Positions 1-9,228 of a stretch of 64,000 bases of DNA are shown here, in pieces. Position 1 is the stretch's first letter, and every line of letters begins with the position of its first letter. This DNA comes from an uncultured Clostridia bacterium (lineage in GTDB: Bacteria; Bacillota; Clostridia; Christensenellales; UBA1242): the NCBI GenBank assembly GCA_934749845.1, contig CAKVHQ010000006.1:6194-70193 (forward strand), in the 5' to 3' direction. Made by a program: the position numbers and the translations under genes. A model generated the notes under the pieces. It was not told the DNA's origin, made no database searches, and saw nothing but the letters and a program-made list of their open reading frames with translations.

Positions 1-62
1 CTTTCTTTAATAAATTTATAGTTTTTTATTTAATAAACTATTTCTTGCACTAATTTCTATTT

Positions 63-647
63 TTAGAAAATTTTTATTTTATTTATGGTTTGTATTTTAA
101 TGATAATTATTGTTAAAAACAAAATAATAGTAACTACTACAATACAAAAACACAAAAAACTTTTATCTAAATCGTTTTTTATTTCATAATATTTCATGCT
201 ATAAAATAGTCTTATTTTTTTAGAAAAAATAATTCTAAATAAATTTATTATAAATAAAAGCAAAGCGAAAATTGATAAAAGTATTACTGAAATAAAAATG
301 CTTAGCATTTTACCTAAAAAATTACTGCTTTCTTTTTTTTCGACCTTGTATTCTCCATTTCCATTATTTTCTATATATAATTCAATTTTATTATAATTAA
401 AACTCATTATCCCATCATAAAAGCCAGTATTTATTAATTCACCTAATTTAGGCAATAAATATAGCGAAAAACAAGAAATAATTACATCAATGATTAATAA
501 CCAGTTAATACCAGCCTTTACAGAAATAAAACATACCCAAACTATCCAAGAAATGACACCTAAAATAACTATACTTGGAATAAGTGTTTTAATCAGCAAA
601 AAAAGCAATGCCTTAAAAAAATTTAAATTATTTTCTTTTTCAACCAT
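63..647 (-). CDS. hypothetical polytopic membrane protein (194 aa)
   Basis: Long ORF with several hydrophobic helices (LLFLLIKTLIPSIVILGVISWIVWVCFI, LLSIFALLLFIINLF, FCIVVVTIILFLTIIII). No recognisable catalytic motif. Confidence 0.4.
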   Translation of the reverse strand: MVEKENNLNFFKALLFLLIKTLIPSIVILGVISWIVWVCFISVKAGINWLLIIDVIISCFSLYLLPKLGELINTGFYDGIMSFNYNKIELYIENNGNGEYKVEKKESSNFLGKMLSIFISVILLSIFALLLFIINLFRIIFSKKIRLFYSMKYYEIKNDLDKSFLCFCIVVVTIILFLTIIIIKIQTINKIKIF

Positions 648-669
648 TTAATCTCCAAAAAATTATTTT

Positions 670-957
670 TTAGAAAGTTGTTCTATTAAAAATATCCATT
701 CCCTCTTTTGAAAACTGAATTAAAGACTTTTTTCCATCTTTAAAAAACACTTTTACATTCGTATCACCAAAAGCATTTGAAGTTTGAATTTCGTATGAAT
801 CAATGTCGTCATGAGTGATTTTGAGCATCTTGCCTATTAATGGATTTATATAGAAATAATTATCAGTTTCCCATTTTGCACTTATCTTAGCCCCTTTATA
901 ATCTCCTTCCAAAACCTTTCCATAAGCTTTAGCAACTAAATTTGAAAACAATCCCAT
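670..957 (-). CDS. hypothetical small soluble protein (95 aa), possibly a bacterial PH-like fold
   Basis: Intact ORF 22 nt upstream of the 63..647 ORF on the same strand and divergent from the XRE gene at 1070. No motif recognised, so the PH-like idea is only a guess from size and beta-rich composition. Confidence 0.35.
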   Translation of the reverse strand: MGLFSNLVAKAYGKVLEGDYKGAKISAKWETDNYFYINPLIGKMLKITHDDIDSYEIQTSNAFGDTNVKVFFKDGKKSLIQFSKEGMDIFNRTTF

Positions 958-1013
958 ATTTTTCTCCCTTTATATTTATGTATCAATATTTGTTGATTGA
1001 TATTTAAAATAGT

Positions 1014-1051
1014 ACTACTAATTTTTAGTAGTGTCAACTAAATTTTAGTAG
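1014..1051. promoter_or_regulatory. two palindromic operator-like sites in the divergent promoter region of the XRE gene
   Basis: A perfect inverted repeat ACTACTAA-TTT-TTAGTAGT lies at 1014-1032. An imperfect copy, CAACTAAATTTTAGTAG, lies at about 1035-1051, just upstream of the ATG at 1070. Confidence 0.45.
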
Positions 1052-1069
1052 TTTTGGTAAACTATTTAT

Positions 1070-1279
1070 ATGCAAAACTTAATTAAAGAAAGATTAAAGG
1101 ACTTAAGAAAAGAAAATGGTTTAACCCAAAAACAAATTGCAAAAATCTTAAATAAATCTGAAACGGGTTATGCAAGTTGGGAACAAGGTCTTGCCGAGCC
1201 TAGCATTAACGATTTAATAATTTTAAGCAATTTTTACAATGTGTCTATTGACGAACTTGTAGGAAAAGAAGAATTATAA
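1070..1279 (+). CDS. XRE-family helix-turn-helix transcriptional regulator (69 aa)
   Basis: Classic Cro/C1 HTH pattern (LKDLRKENGLTQKQIAKILNKSETGYASWEQG...PSINDLIILSNFYNVSIDELVG). Confidence 0.8.
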   Translation: MQNLIKERLKDLRKENGLTQKQIAKILNKSETGYASWEQGLAEPSINDLIILSNFYNVSIDELVGKEEL

Positions 1280-1280
1280 A

Positions 1281-1303
1281 AAAACACCTTTGAGGTGTTT
1301 TTA
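1281..1303 (+). terminator. rho-independent terminator after the XRE gene
   Basis: AACACC-TTTGA-GGTGTT hairpin followed by a T-run, immediately after the stop codon. Confidence 0.6.
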
Positions 1304-1559
1304 ATTAACTTGTCCTTCAACTTAAATTTAAAACTTTAATTTAGATTTATAAATGTTCATTATTACTTCTAACTCAGCCAATGTGGCCTTAACAAGTTTT
1401 ATATTATTTGTATTCATAATTTTTCCTAAACTTTGTTATACCAAAAATCACAATGTTATAAAAACTAATAATCAGTATTAATATAATTTGCTAAATATAG
1501 CTTTAAATTTGATTATACTTTTTTGCTTTCGTATGATATACTAATAATAGGAAATTGAT

Positions 1560-2087
1560 ATGAAAAAGAGATACAATTTTATATTTTTCTTTATTTGGGG
1601 ATTACTTTTTGGTGGCATTCCACTTGGCATAATGTTTATTCCTGATAATACTATGGGCGGAAACAAATGGTTTTTGCTGATTTTTGTTATTATCGGCTTT
1701 GCAGCAATAGCATATTCCATCTACAGTTTTGTTAAAATGGTTAAAGACAGCCGATTGCTTAAAACTGGTAAAGAAGCAGTTGGAACATATGTTACAAAGC
1801 AAGGTTACGGTTCTGTTAACAACGTGGCAATGTTTAAAGTTGTGTTTGAATTTAAAAACGACCAAAACGTAACACAAAGAGTCATCTCAAACGAAATTTA
1901 CACTATAGACGAAGTTGAACGCTTGGAAAAATGTGAAAACTTTAAAATAAAGTATAAAGGAAACAACGCAGTAATTGTTCCTGACGGAGAACTTAAGCCA
2001 AAGCAAAAAGATGTTTGCGAATATTGTGGAACGAAATTTGAAGGCGAAAAATGTCCATACTGCGGAGCATCAAAAAATTATAAATAA
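1560..2087 (+). CDS. membrane protein with a DUF3592-like domain and a C-terminal zinc ribbon (175 aa)
   Basis: Two N-terminal TM helices, then a beta-rich domain (TGKEAVGTYVTKQGYG...FKVVFEFKNDQN), ending in CEYCGTKFEGEKCPYCG (CxxC-x8-CxxC). Confidence 0.5.
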   Translation: MKKRYNFIFFFIWGLLFGGIPLGIMFIPDNTMGGNKWFLLIFVIIGFAAIAYSIYSFVKMVKDSRLLKTGKEAVGTYVTKQGYGSVNNVAMFKVVFEFKNDQNVTQRVISNEIYTIDEVERLEKCENFKIKYKGNNAVIVPDGELKPKQKDVCEYCGTKFEGEKCPYCGASKNYK

Positions 2088-2159
2088 TTCTAGTTTTATC
2101 ATAATTTTATATTTGCATATAAAAATTTTATATGATATCTTGATTATGGAGGTAGTTTT

Positions 2160-3059
2160 ATGAAAAAAACAAAGAACATAATTTTAAGCCTATTTATCGC
2201 CTGTGTTATGATATTATCCACATTCACTTTGTGTGCTTGTTCTAATACAAAACCTACAACAAAAATTAACGACATTTACAGCATGGGTATGGTCACCGCA
2301 GTACGATTTTTAAATGTAAATAATCAAAGTCGCCATGCAAGAAAAGTAAGTGACCTTACTGATACAAGCAAAAATACAATAACTAAATTCGCGGATATGT
2401 TTGATGGACTTGCTGGAAACATTATCTCGCCAGTTGAATCTAAAACCACACAAGAAGATGGAGTTTATAGCGTCTACCCTAACAAACTATCTTTAACTAT
2501 CAATAATGAAAAGTACACTATGTACTTCCATGAAGTTATTGAAGGAACAACTCAAGAAATCGACGAAAATGAAATTGAAACAGAAACAAAATCTTTTCTA
2601 TATGGAATAGTGGTAAGAGAATCAGGCGAAATCAAAATTGAATTAAATGTTGTTGGCAGTAGAGAAATTGAAGTTGAAAACAAAAACGGAAACATCAGTA
2701 CAGAAAGCGAATTAAAACTCTTATTCTCAAGTGAACAACTTTTTGCATCTAACACTGATTCATTTGAAGACATTGAACTATTAAAAATAAATAACTATGT
2801 TTTAATTGAGCAAGAATTAGAAGATAATGAAATCGAATATTCTTATACTACCAAATATAATGGCACTGAAAAAAAAGTTGAACTAGAATGGGATAATAAC
2901 AAAAAATTTGAAATAGAGTTTGAAGAAAATGGCGTTAAAACAAAATATAAATTAGTTAAACTAGCACAAAATTATTACGAAATAAAAGTAATAAATGCTA
3001 ACTCAAAAGATAAATTTTTTATACAAAAAGAAAATGAGAATTGGTTATTTAAAGATTAA
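2160..3059 (+). CDS. hypothetical lipoprotein (299 aa)
   Basis: Signal peptide with a lipobox (ILSTFTLCACSN). The mature part is acidic and repeat-like with no known motif. RBS GGAGG lies upstream. Confidence 0.55.
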   Translation: MKKTKNIILSLFIACVMILSTFTLCACSNTKPTTKINDIYSMGMVTAVRFLNVNNQSRHARKVSDLTDTSKNTITKFADMFDGLAGNIISPVESKTTQEDGVYSVYPNKLSLTINNEKYTMYFHEVIEGTTQEIDENEIETETKSFLYGIVVRESGEIKIELNVVGSREIEVENKNGNISTESELKLLFSSEQLFASNTDSFEDIELLKINNYVLIEQELEDNEIEYSYTTKYNGTEKKVELEWDNNKKFEIEFEENGVKTKYKLVKLAQNYYEIKVINANSKDKFFIQKENENWLFKD

Positions 3060-3090
3060 ATAAAAAGCCACTATTTAAAGTGGTTTTTTA

Positions 3091-4881
3091 TTACATTTTT
3101 TCAGGGGCGTTAACCGAAATGCAATTCAAGGCATTAGCCATTACATTTTTTACGCATGAAACGAAAGCCATCATAGATTTTGTGTATTCTTCGTTGCTTT
3201 CATCAACAAGTTTGATATCAGTTCCCCAAAGTGAATGGAAAAGTGACGCAAACTCTTTTAAATAATCAACTATCATGTTAGGTGCAAATTTTTGTGCAGA
3301 TTGCAAGATAACTTGTGGATATTTTGCCATAAGCACGATTATTTCTTTGATGAGTTTTGGACAATTTTGCACAAATCCATCAAAGTCTTTTGCATTAAAA
3401 CTATAATCATAGCCAAATTTTGACTTGAAATTTCTTAAAATTGAATTTGCTCTTGCATAGGCATATTGAATATAGTAAACCAAATTTTCTTTTGATTTTT
3501 CCTTAACCTTAACAAGGTCAAACGTCATTTGAGTATCTGGGCTTTTTGAAAGCATAAACAATTTTAGTTCGTCAACATTTATTTCTTTTGCAACATCGCT
3601 TAACAGCACGAATGTGCCTTTTCGTTTGCTCATTTTAAATGGTTCGCCATTTTTTTCTAATGCTACCATTTGGCAAAGCACAACTTCTAGTTTTGCTTGG
3701 TGCTGTGAAAGTGCATCAACAGCACTTGTTATTCTCTTCACATAGCCGCCATGGTCTGCTCCAAAGATATCAATCATTTTGTTAAAGCCACGGTCGAATT
3801 TGTCTTTGTGGTATGCAATATCGCTTGCAAAATAAGTTGTTGTTCCGTCTGGTCTAGCAATTACCCTGTCTTTGTCGTCCCCAAACAGTGTTGACCTAAA
3901 CAATGTTTGAAGTTGATTTGAATACTTTGACTCTTCTTGTTCTTCTTCGTTTGCACTGCCACCAATTGGAGCATCTAACTTGCCTTTGTAAACATAAGGA
4001 AGTTCAACTTTATTGCCATCTTCGTCTATTTTTTCCGCCTTCATGGTTGATAGATATTCGATTGCTTTTTGAATTTTGCCCGCATTAACGATGTCGGTTT
4101 CGGACACAAACGAGTCATATTCAAGCCCTAGCAAACGCAAATCGCTTTTAATAATTTCCATCATAGCATTTACCGCTGGCTCTTTAAACTTATTATAAAA
4201 ATCTTGCTCGCTTATTTTAACAAACTTGTCGCCATACTCTAGTTTTATTGAATTTGCATAATCAAGCAAATAATCGCCAGGGTAACAACCTTCTGGAACA
4301 TTCTCTCCCACATGAAGTCCACATGCCTGCTCGTAGCGGAATTGAATGGACTTAACAAGTGTGTGAATTTGAACGCCATAATCGTTTATATAGTATTCTT
4401 TGGTAACATCATAGCCCGCTTTTTTCATAAGTCTTGCAATGGCAAGCCCCAAAATTGCTCCTCTGCAGTGACCAACATGAAGTGGTCCAGTTGGGTTGGC
4501 AGAAATAAACTCCAATAAAACTTTTTCCTTTGCTTCTCCATTACCAAAATTGTCTTTATCTAAATTTATTTCAGTTAAAAATTTCTCCCAAAGTTCATGC
4601 TTAAATGTTATGTTAATATAACCGTTTATTGCGGTTACATCAAGAATATAATCCAAATTTTTTATTAAAGCAGAAAGTTCCTGTGCAATTTGATTTGGGT
4701 TTTTTTGCAAAGTTTTTGCATAAATCATAGCAACATTGGTTGAATAGTCTGCCCCCGCCTTTACTGGTGGTATGGTAAAGCGAATGTTATTTGCTAGTTT
4801 TGGGTTTTCTATATACGCTTCCCCCAAATATTTTTTTATTATTTCAATTAAATCCGCGTCAACTTTTTTAAATAAGTCCAT
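3091..4881 (-). CDS. argS: arginine--tRNA ligase
   Basis: Class I synthetase motifs: HIGH-like SANPTGPLHVGHCRG and KMSKS-like FKMSKRKG, plus an ArgRS-type C-terminal anticodon-binding domain. The likely start is the ATG at 4881, preceded by AGGAGAAATT; the ORF track extends to 4911. Confidence 0.95.
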   Translation of the reverse strand: MDLFKKVDADLIEIIKKYLGEAYIENPKLANNIRFTIPPVKAGADYSTNVAMIYAKTLQKNPNQIAQELSALIKNLDYILDVTAINGYINITFKHELWEKFLTEINLDKDNFGNGEAKEKVLLEFISANPTGPLHVGHCRGAILGLAIARLMKKAGYDVTKEYYINDYGVQIHTLVKSIQFRYEQACGLHVGENVPEGCYPGDYLLDYANSIKLEYGDKFVKISEQDFYNKFKEPAVNAMMEIIKSDLRLLGLEYDSFVSETDIVNAGKIQKAIEYLSTMKAEKIDEDGNKVELPYVYKGKLDAPIGGSANEEEQEESKYSNQLQTLFRSTLFGDDKDRVIARPDGTTTYFASDIAYHKDKFDRGFNKMIDIFGADHGGYVKRITSAVDALSQHQAKLEVVLCQMVALEKNGEPFKMSKRKGTFVLLSDVAKEINVDELKLFMLSKSPDTQMTFDLVKVKEKSKENLVYYIQYAYARANSILRNFKSKFGYDYSFNAKDFDGFVQNCPKLIKEIIVLMAKYPQVILQSAQKFAPNMIVDYLKEFASLFHSLWGTDIKLVDESNEEYTKSMMAFVSCVKNVMANALNCISVNAPEKM

Positions 4882-5003
4882 AATTTCTCCTAAACTTGAA
4901 AAGTTTAACATATTAGCATATAAAATGTCAAACTATATAATTTATTCTTGAATTAAATACTTTTTAGTAGTAAATAAACTATTAGAGATGTGTACACAAA
5001 AAC

Positions 5004-5032
5004 AAAAAAAGGCTAAAGTTTAGCCCTTTTTT
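5004..5032 (-). terminator. rho-independent terminator downstream of RNase P RNA
   Basis: On the minus strand this reads AAAAAAGGGCTAAACTTTAGCCTTTTTTT, a GGCTA/TAGCC stem flanked by A and T runs. Confidence 0.6.
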
Positions 5033-5376
5033 AATGAGTCAGTCTGTAAGCCGAGTTCTGTATTAAACGGTCATCTATCTAGGCATACTGTTCCCAATAT
5101 GCTCGAGCGGTGTATATGGCTTGACGAACAGCCGTTTAGCGCCATTTTTACCTTACATCAGGTGGGGTTTACAATGCCCTGCTTGTCACCAAGCAAGCGG
5201 TGGTCTCTTACACTCGCCATTTCAACCTTGCCATTTGATAAACAAATTCGGCGGTTTGTTTTCTGTTGCACTTTCCTTAAAGTCGCCTTCACTAGCAGTT
5301 AACTAGCACCCTGTTCTGTGATGCTCGGACTTTCCTCGTGGGTTATTACCCCCGCGACCGTCTGGCTAACTCACTA
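5033..5376 (-). ncRNA. rnpB: RNase P RNA (M1-type ribozyme)
   Basis: The minus strand contains the universally conserved CGAGGAAAGTCCGAGC (plus-strand cggactttcctcg at 5325-5337). It also has the 3' conserved ACAGAACTCGGCTTA (plus-strand taagccgagttctgt at 5047-5061). The 5' and 3' ends can pair as P1, the region is a GC-rich island in AT-rich DNA, and the ORFs called here are short and overlapping. The ends are approximate. Confidence 0.85.
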
Positions 5377-5381
5377 TGTGT

Positions 5382-5409
5382 ATTTTACACCTTTTTAAAA
5401 GTTTGTCAA
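5382..5409 (-). promoter_or_regulatory. sigma-A-type promoter for rnpB
   Basis: Minus strand reads TTGACA-16 nt-TAAAAT, ending about 6 nt upstream of the proposed RNA 5' end. Confidence 0.5.
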
Positions 5410-5432
5410 CTACTATTTTTTGGAAATTGAAA

Positions 5433-6137
5433 TTACGACTCAAAAATATTTTTTCCTTTCAAATATCTCTTTATCGTGTTAAGTGCCTTATTCTCCAATC
5501 TTGAAATGTAAGACCTGCTAATGTTAAGCATTTTTGCCACTTCTCGTTGAGTGTAGGCAGGCGTATTATTTAAGCCAAAGCGCAAAGAAATTATTTGATA
5601 TTCACGCTGTGGCAATATCGTTTTAATTAGCCTTTCAACATCGCGAGACAGCATATTATTTTCCACTGACTTTGTTAAGTCATCAACCTCGTTTGGAATT
5701 ATGTCTTGAAGGCAAATTTCGTTTCCATCTTTGTCTTTTCCCAAACTTTCTTCCAAACTGTACACTTGGTTGTGCTTTTTTGTCATTCTAAGGAGCATTA
5801 AAATTTCATTTTCGATACATCGTGCAGCATAAGTTGATAGTTGAGTGTTTTTTCCAAGTTCATATGTATTTATTGCTTTTATTAAACCTATCGTGCCAAC
5901 GCTTATTAAATCGTCCGCCTCCCCTGCAGTTGAGTACTTTTTAACTATATGTGCCACCAAACGCAAGTTGTGTTGAATAAGCCTATCTTTTGCCTTCATG
6001 TCCCCGTTTTTAAAAGCCTTTATGCATTCAGTTTCTTCCTCTTGGCTTAACGGTTTGGGAAACCCAGTTGCGTTATTCACAAAGCCTGTAAAACACATAA
6101 TTTTGCTTAAAAAATTGATAAAACTTTCTATTATCAT
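5433..6137 (-). CDS. sigK: sporulation sigma factor, pro-sigma-K type (234 aa)
   Basis: N-terminal pro-sequence followed by NNATGFPKPLSQEEE and HNLRLVAHIVKKY, close to B. subtilis SigK (NNAFPQPLS...HNLRLVAHIVKKF). Region 2 reads STYAARCIENEILM and region 4 reads QREVAKMLNISRSYISRLE. RBS AAGGAG is present. SigE is the alternative. Confidence 0.8.
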   Translation of the reverse strand: MIIESFINFLSKIMCFTGFVNNATGFPKPLSQEEETECIKAFKNGDMKAKDRLIQHNLRLVAHIVKKYSTAGEADDLISVGTIGLIKAINTYELGKNTQLSTYAARCIENEILMLLRMTKKHNQVYSLEESLGKDKDGNEICLQDIIPNEVDDLTKSVENNMLSRDVERLIKTILPQREYQIISLRFGLNNTPAYTQREVAKMLNISRSYISRLENKALNTIKRYLKGKNIFES

Positions 6138-6306
6138 TAACGAACTCCTTAAAGTTTTGATAATAGATTTATATGCCGAATAATGTCTAATATTGCTTGT
6201 ACAAACAAAACATACAAATGATTATTTCACCCAAAAAAAACAAAAATGCAGTATTGACTTATACTCACTTTAATGCTAAAATTGTTAAAAATAATTGAGG
6301 AAAGAA

Positions 6307-6927
6307 ATGAAAGTTAAACAATTAAATGACCTTGTTGTGATAACAAACTTACAGCGTTATATAAAAAATATAAGAACTTCACTTGACGCCGATAAAATTA
6401 TAGTTGCGTGCGACAAAAACGACAGACTTGTTATGCTATGCCAACGCAAATTGATTCACAAATCATATATATCCTTAACCGAAATTACCATTTCACAACT
6501 TATTTTAAAAGACGACAAATCAATCGACCGCTGTATTGTTGGACACTGCGATTATTACTACGAATCCGAACTCTTAAGAAGCAAATCAATTTTTCTTGAT
6601 GAAATTTCCGTTCATATGGGAACGGATATTGACAGAGGCTATGGCAGTTTGATGATAAGATACTTGCAAGCCGTTGCTAAAAAAAGCCTAACCACCCAAA
6701 TCAAAGGCGTGTTTGTTCCATTCTTTCCTGGAAACGAATCGACTGCTAGAAATTTTTATATAAGAAATGGCTTTAAATTTGTTAACTCAAAAGAAAATGG
6801 TTGCACTTTTATTGTTAAAAAGCGTTATGCTTTCACTCCTCTTAAAACAAAAAATTTGTTAGGAATTGACTTTTCGCTAGACACTTTTAAGCGCCACGAA
6901 AAAGAAGAAATTTTTGATTATCTATAA
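6307..6927 (+). CDS. putative GNAT-family acetyltransferase
   Basis: C-terminal half shows GNAT-like motif A (DRGYGSLMIRYLQAVA) and motif B (ARNFYIRNGFKF). The ATG at 6307 is preceded by GAGGAAAG, and the TTG at 6295 lies within that RBS. Confidence 0.45.
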   Translation: MKVKQLNDLVVITNLQRYIKNIRTSLDADKIIVACDKNDRLVMLCQRKLIHKSYISLTEITISQLILKDDKSIDRCIVGHCDYYYESELLRSKSIFLDEISVHMGTDIDRGYGSLMIRYLQAVAKKSLTTQIKGVFVPFFPGNESTARNFYIRNGFKFVNSKENGCTFIVKKRYAFTPLKTKNLLGIDFSLDTFKRHEKEEIFDYL

Positions 6928-6958
6928 AAAAAACGATTGAATTTTCAATCGTTTTTTT
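6926..6958. terminator. bidirectional terminator between the GNAT gene and rnj
   Basis: AAAAAAAA-CGATTGAA-TT-TTCAATCG-TTTTTTT, a perfect 8-bp stem with A and T runs on both sides. Confidence 0.65.
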
Positions 6959-6968
6959 AATTATAATA

Positions 6969-9077
6969 TTAGTTTTCAACCACTACTGCAAGCACCATTG
7001 GTTTACGCTTTGTCTTTTTAAAGAAAAAGTTTGCTAGTGCTTTTTTAATGCTGTTTTTAAGTGCTTGAACATCCCAATCTTCAAGGTTTGTTTGAGAAAC
7101 TACTTCTCTAACAACCTGTCTGCCTTCTCTTATTAAGCTTTCCATTTCGCTTTGATAAATTAAGCCACGAGAGATAATATCTGGCCCAGATGTTATTTCC
7201 TTTGTAACTTGGTTAATTCCAACGATAGCAACTGCCAAACCGTCTTCACTGAGTTGTCGTCTATCTCTTAAAACAGAACTATCACTGTCGCCAAGACCAA
7301 GTCCGTCAACAAGTCTTTCGCCTGCTGGAACTTTTCCTGCAACCTTAATTGACCTTGAATTTACTTCAACAACATTGCCAACTTCTGCTAGCACAACATT
7401 TCTTGGCTCCATGCCAAGTCTAACAGCCAAGTCTTTGTGGAGTTTTAAGTGTCTGTATTCGCCATGAACTGGCATAAAGAATTTTGGCTTAACAAGTTTG
7501 TGAATTAGTTTTATTTCTTCTTGGTGTGCGTGACCAGAGGCATGAACTGCTTCAAGCGAATTGTAAATAACCTGACAGCCAAGTTTGTATAAAGCATTGA
7601 TAACATTGTTGATTGATTTTTCGTTACCTGGAATTGGTGCTGCGCTAATAATAACAGCATCGTGTTCGTTAAGTTTAATTTTTTGGAATTCGCCACTAGC
7701 CATTCTTGTTAATGCACTCATAGGCTCGCCTTGACTTCCTGTTGTGATAACCAAAACTTCTTTATCTTGATATTTACCAATATCGTCAATATCAATAAAA
7801 ATTTTAGGATTAAATTTAAGTTCGCCAATTTTGTAGGCAGTTTCGGTTACATTTTGCATGCTTCTGCCTGTGAAAGTTACTTTTCTATTATATTTTTCGG
7901 CAAGAGTTAAAAGTTGTTGAAGTCTATGCACATTACTTGCAAAGGTTGCAACAATAATTCTTTCATCGCTAAATCTATCAAAAAGTTCATCAAGTTTTTT
8001 GCCAACCTGACTTTCACTCATGGAGTGACCTTCTCTTTCGATGTTTGTGCTTTCACAAGTTAAAAGCAAAACTCCTTGATTGCCAAGTTCTGCAAAACGA
8101 GCAAGGTCTGTGGTTTTTCCGTCTATAGAAGTATAGTCAATTTTAAAGTCGCCAGTGTGAACCATAACGCCAGCAGGGCAAGTTATTGCCATGCCCATTG
8201 AGCCTGCAATACTATGGTTTACTCTAATAAATTCAACACTAAAACAACCAAGTTTAACAACTTCTCTTTCTTTAACGCAATTTAATTTTGCTTTAATTTT
8301 TGGAAATTCTCTTAATTTGTTTTGAATGAGAGCAATAGTTAGTTTGCTTCCGTAAACAGGAACTTCAAGCTCGTTCAAAACATAAGGCATTGCGCCAATA
8401 TGGTCCTCGTGACCATGAGTCACAACAATACCACGAATTCTTTCCTTGTTTTGTGTTAAGTATGTTATTTCCGGCACAACAAGGTCTATACCTGGCATCA
8501 ACTCGCCATATGGGAATGTTGAGCCACAATCGACAACAATAATATCTCTGCCATATTCAAGTGCCATCATATTTTTGCCAATTTCGCCCACACCGCCAAG
8601 GAAGATAACTTTTAATGAGTTTTTTGATTTCTTCTCTAGGTTTGGAACTTTTTGGTTTTCACTATCGTCTAACGAAATGATTTGTTCCATGCTGTGCTTA
8701 TGATTTTCCGCATCAATTTTTTCAAACAAATTAAGTTTTTTTGGTTTTTGCACTTGTTTTTTCTTGAAATCATTTGCGGTTTCGGTTGAATAGGTTGTCA
8801 TTCTTACTGGTTTTTGTTCGTTTGTTTGAGCAACAGTTGTTGCTGGTTTTCTTACTGTTTTTCCAGACAAGTCAACACCATTTAATTCAACATTATTAAG
8901 TCCATCTGTATTTTTTATTTTGCTTTTAAATGGATTTGAATATCTTTTTGTTGGTCTTTTGCCAATAACATCTTTCGCCGTTTTTTGCGGACTTTGTTTT
9001 ACACTTTCTGTTTGTGCTTGAACAGGCTTTGTTGACACACTATTTAGAAAAATGTTTTTTGTTGGTTTTTCGTTCAT
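6969..9077 (-). CDS. rnj: ribonuclease J (metallo-beta-lactamase/beta-CASP) with an N-terminal extension of about 150 aa
   Basis: The conserved core starts at LKVIFLGGVGEIGKNM. It has the MBL motif VTHGHEDHIGAMPY plus beta-CASP and C-terminal domains. The best start is the ATG at 9077, preceded by AAAGGAGTTATT. Confidence 0.9.
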   Translation of the reverse strand: MNEKPTKNIFLNSVSTKPVQAQTESVKQSPQKTAKDVIGKRPTKRYSNPFKSKIKNTDGLNNVELNGVDLSGKTVRKPATTVAQTNEQKPVRMTTYSTETANDFKKKQVQKPKKLNLFEKIDAENHKHSMEQIISLDDSENQKVPNLEKKSKNSLKVIFLGGVGEIGKNMMALEYGRDIIVVDCGSTFPYGELMPGIDLVVPEITYLTQNKERIRGIVVTHGHEDHIGAMPYVLNELEVPVYGSKLTIALIQNKLREFPKIKAKLNCVKEREVVKLGCFSVEFIRVNHSIAGSMGMAITCPAGVMVHTGDFKIDYTSIDGKTTDLARFAELGNQGVLLLTCESTNIEREGHSMSESQVGKKLDELFDRFSDERIIVATFASNVHRLQQLLTLAEKYNRKVTFTGRSMQNVTETAYKIGELKFNPKIFIDIDDIGKYQDKEVLVITTGSQGEPMSALTRMASGEFQKIKLNEHDAVIISAAPIPGNEKSINNVINALYKLGCQVIYNSLEAVHASGHAHQEEIKLIHKLVKPKFFMPVHGEYRHLKLHKDLAVRLGMEPRNVVLAEVGNVVEVNSRSIKVAGKVPAGERLVDGLGLGDSDSSVLRDRRQLSEDGLAVAIVGINQVTKEITSGPDIISRGLIYQSEMESLIREGRQVVREVVSQTNLEDWDVQALKNSIKKALANFFFKKTKRKPMVLAVVVEN

Positions 9078-9147
9078 AATAACTCCTTTTAGTTTAATTT
9101 TTACACTCATTTAATGAGTTTTGTTATAAATTTTCAAAACAAACATA

Positions 9148-9188
9148 AACGCAAAAACCTCGACTTCAAAAAGTCTTTTTCGTGCGTT
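9148..9188 (-). terminator. stem-loop terminator after the 9229..10158 membrane-protein gene
   Basis: Nested inverted repeats (AACGCA/TGCGTT outer, GACTT/AAGTC inner) followed on the minus strand by a T-rich tract. Confidence 0.4.
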
Positions 9189-9228
9189 ATCTTTTGTTTT
9201 TTAATTTAAAATATAAAACAAAGCAAAA

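Noticed and set aside
1328-1417. A 29-aa minus-strand mini-ORF (MNTNNIKLVKATLAELEVIMNIYKSKLKF) with an AGGA RBS.
   Set aside because: It is too short, and without comparative or expression data it cannot be told from chance in AT-rich DNA. It is noted only as a possibility.
4882-5003. T-box leaders upstream of argS (and of asnS at 60139-60210).
   Set aside because: The leaders are only about 70-120 nt long and lack a T-box consensus (AATTAGGGTGGTACCGCG-like) or specifier-loop architecture.
5099-5306. Two overlapping plus-strand ORFs of 61-67 aa.
   Set aside because: They lie inside the RNase P RNA gene, a GC-rich structured RNA on the opposite strand. They have no RBS.
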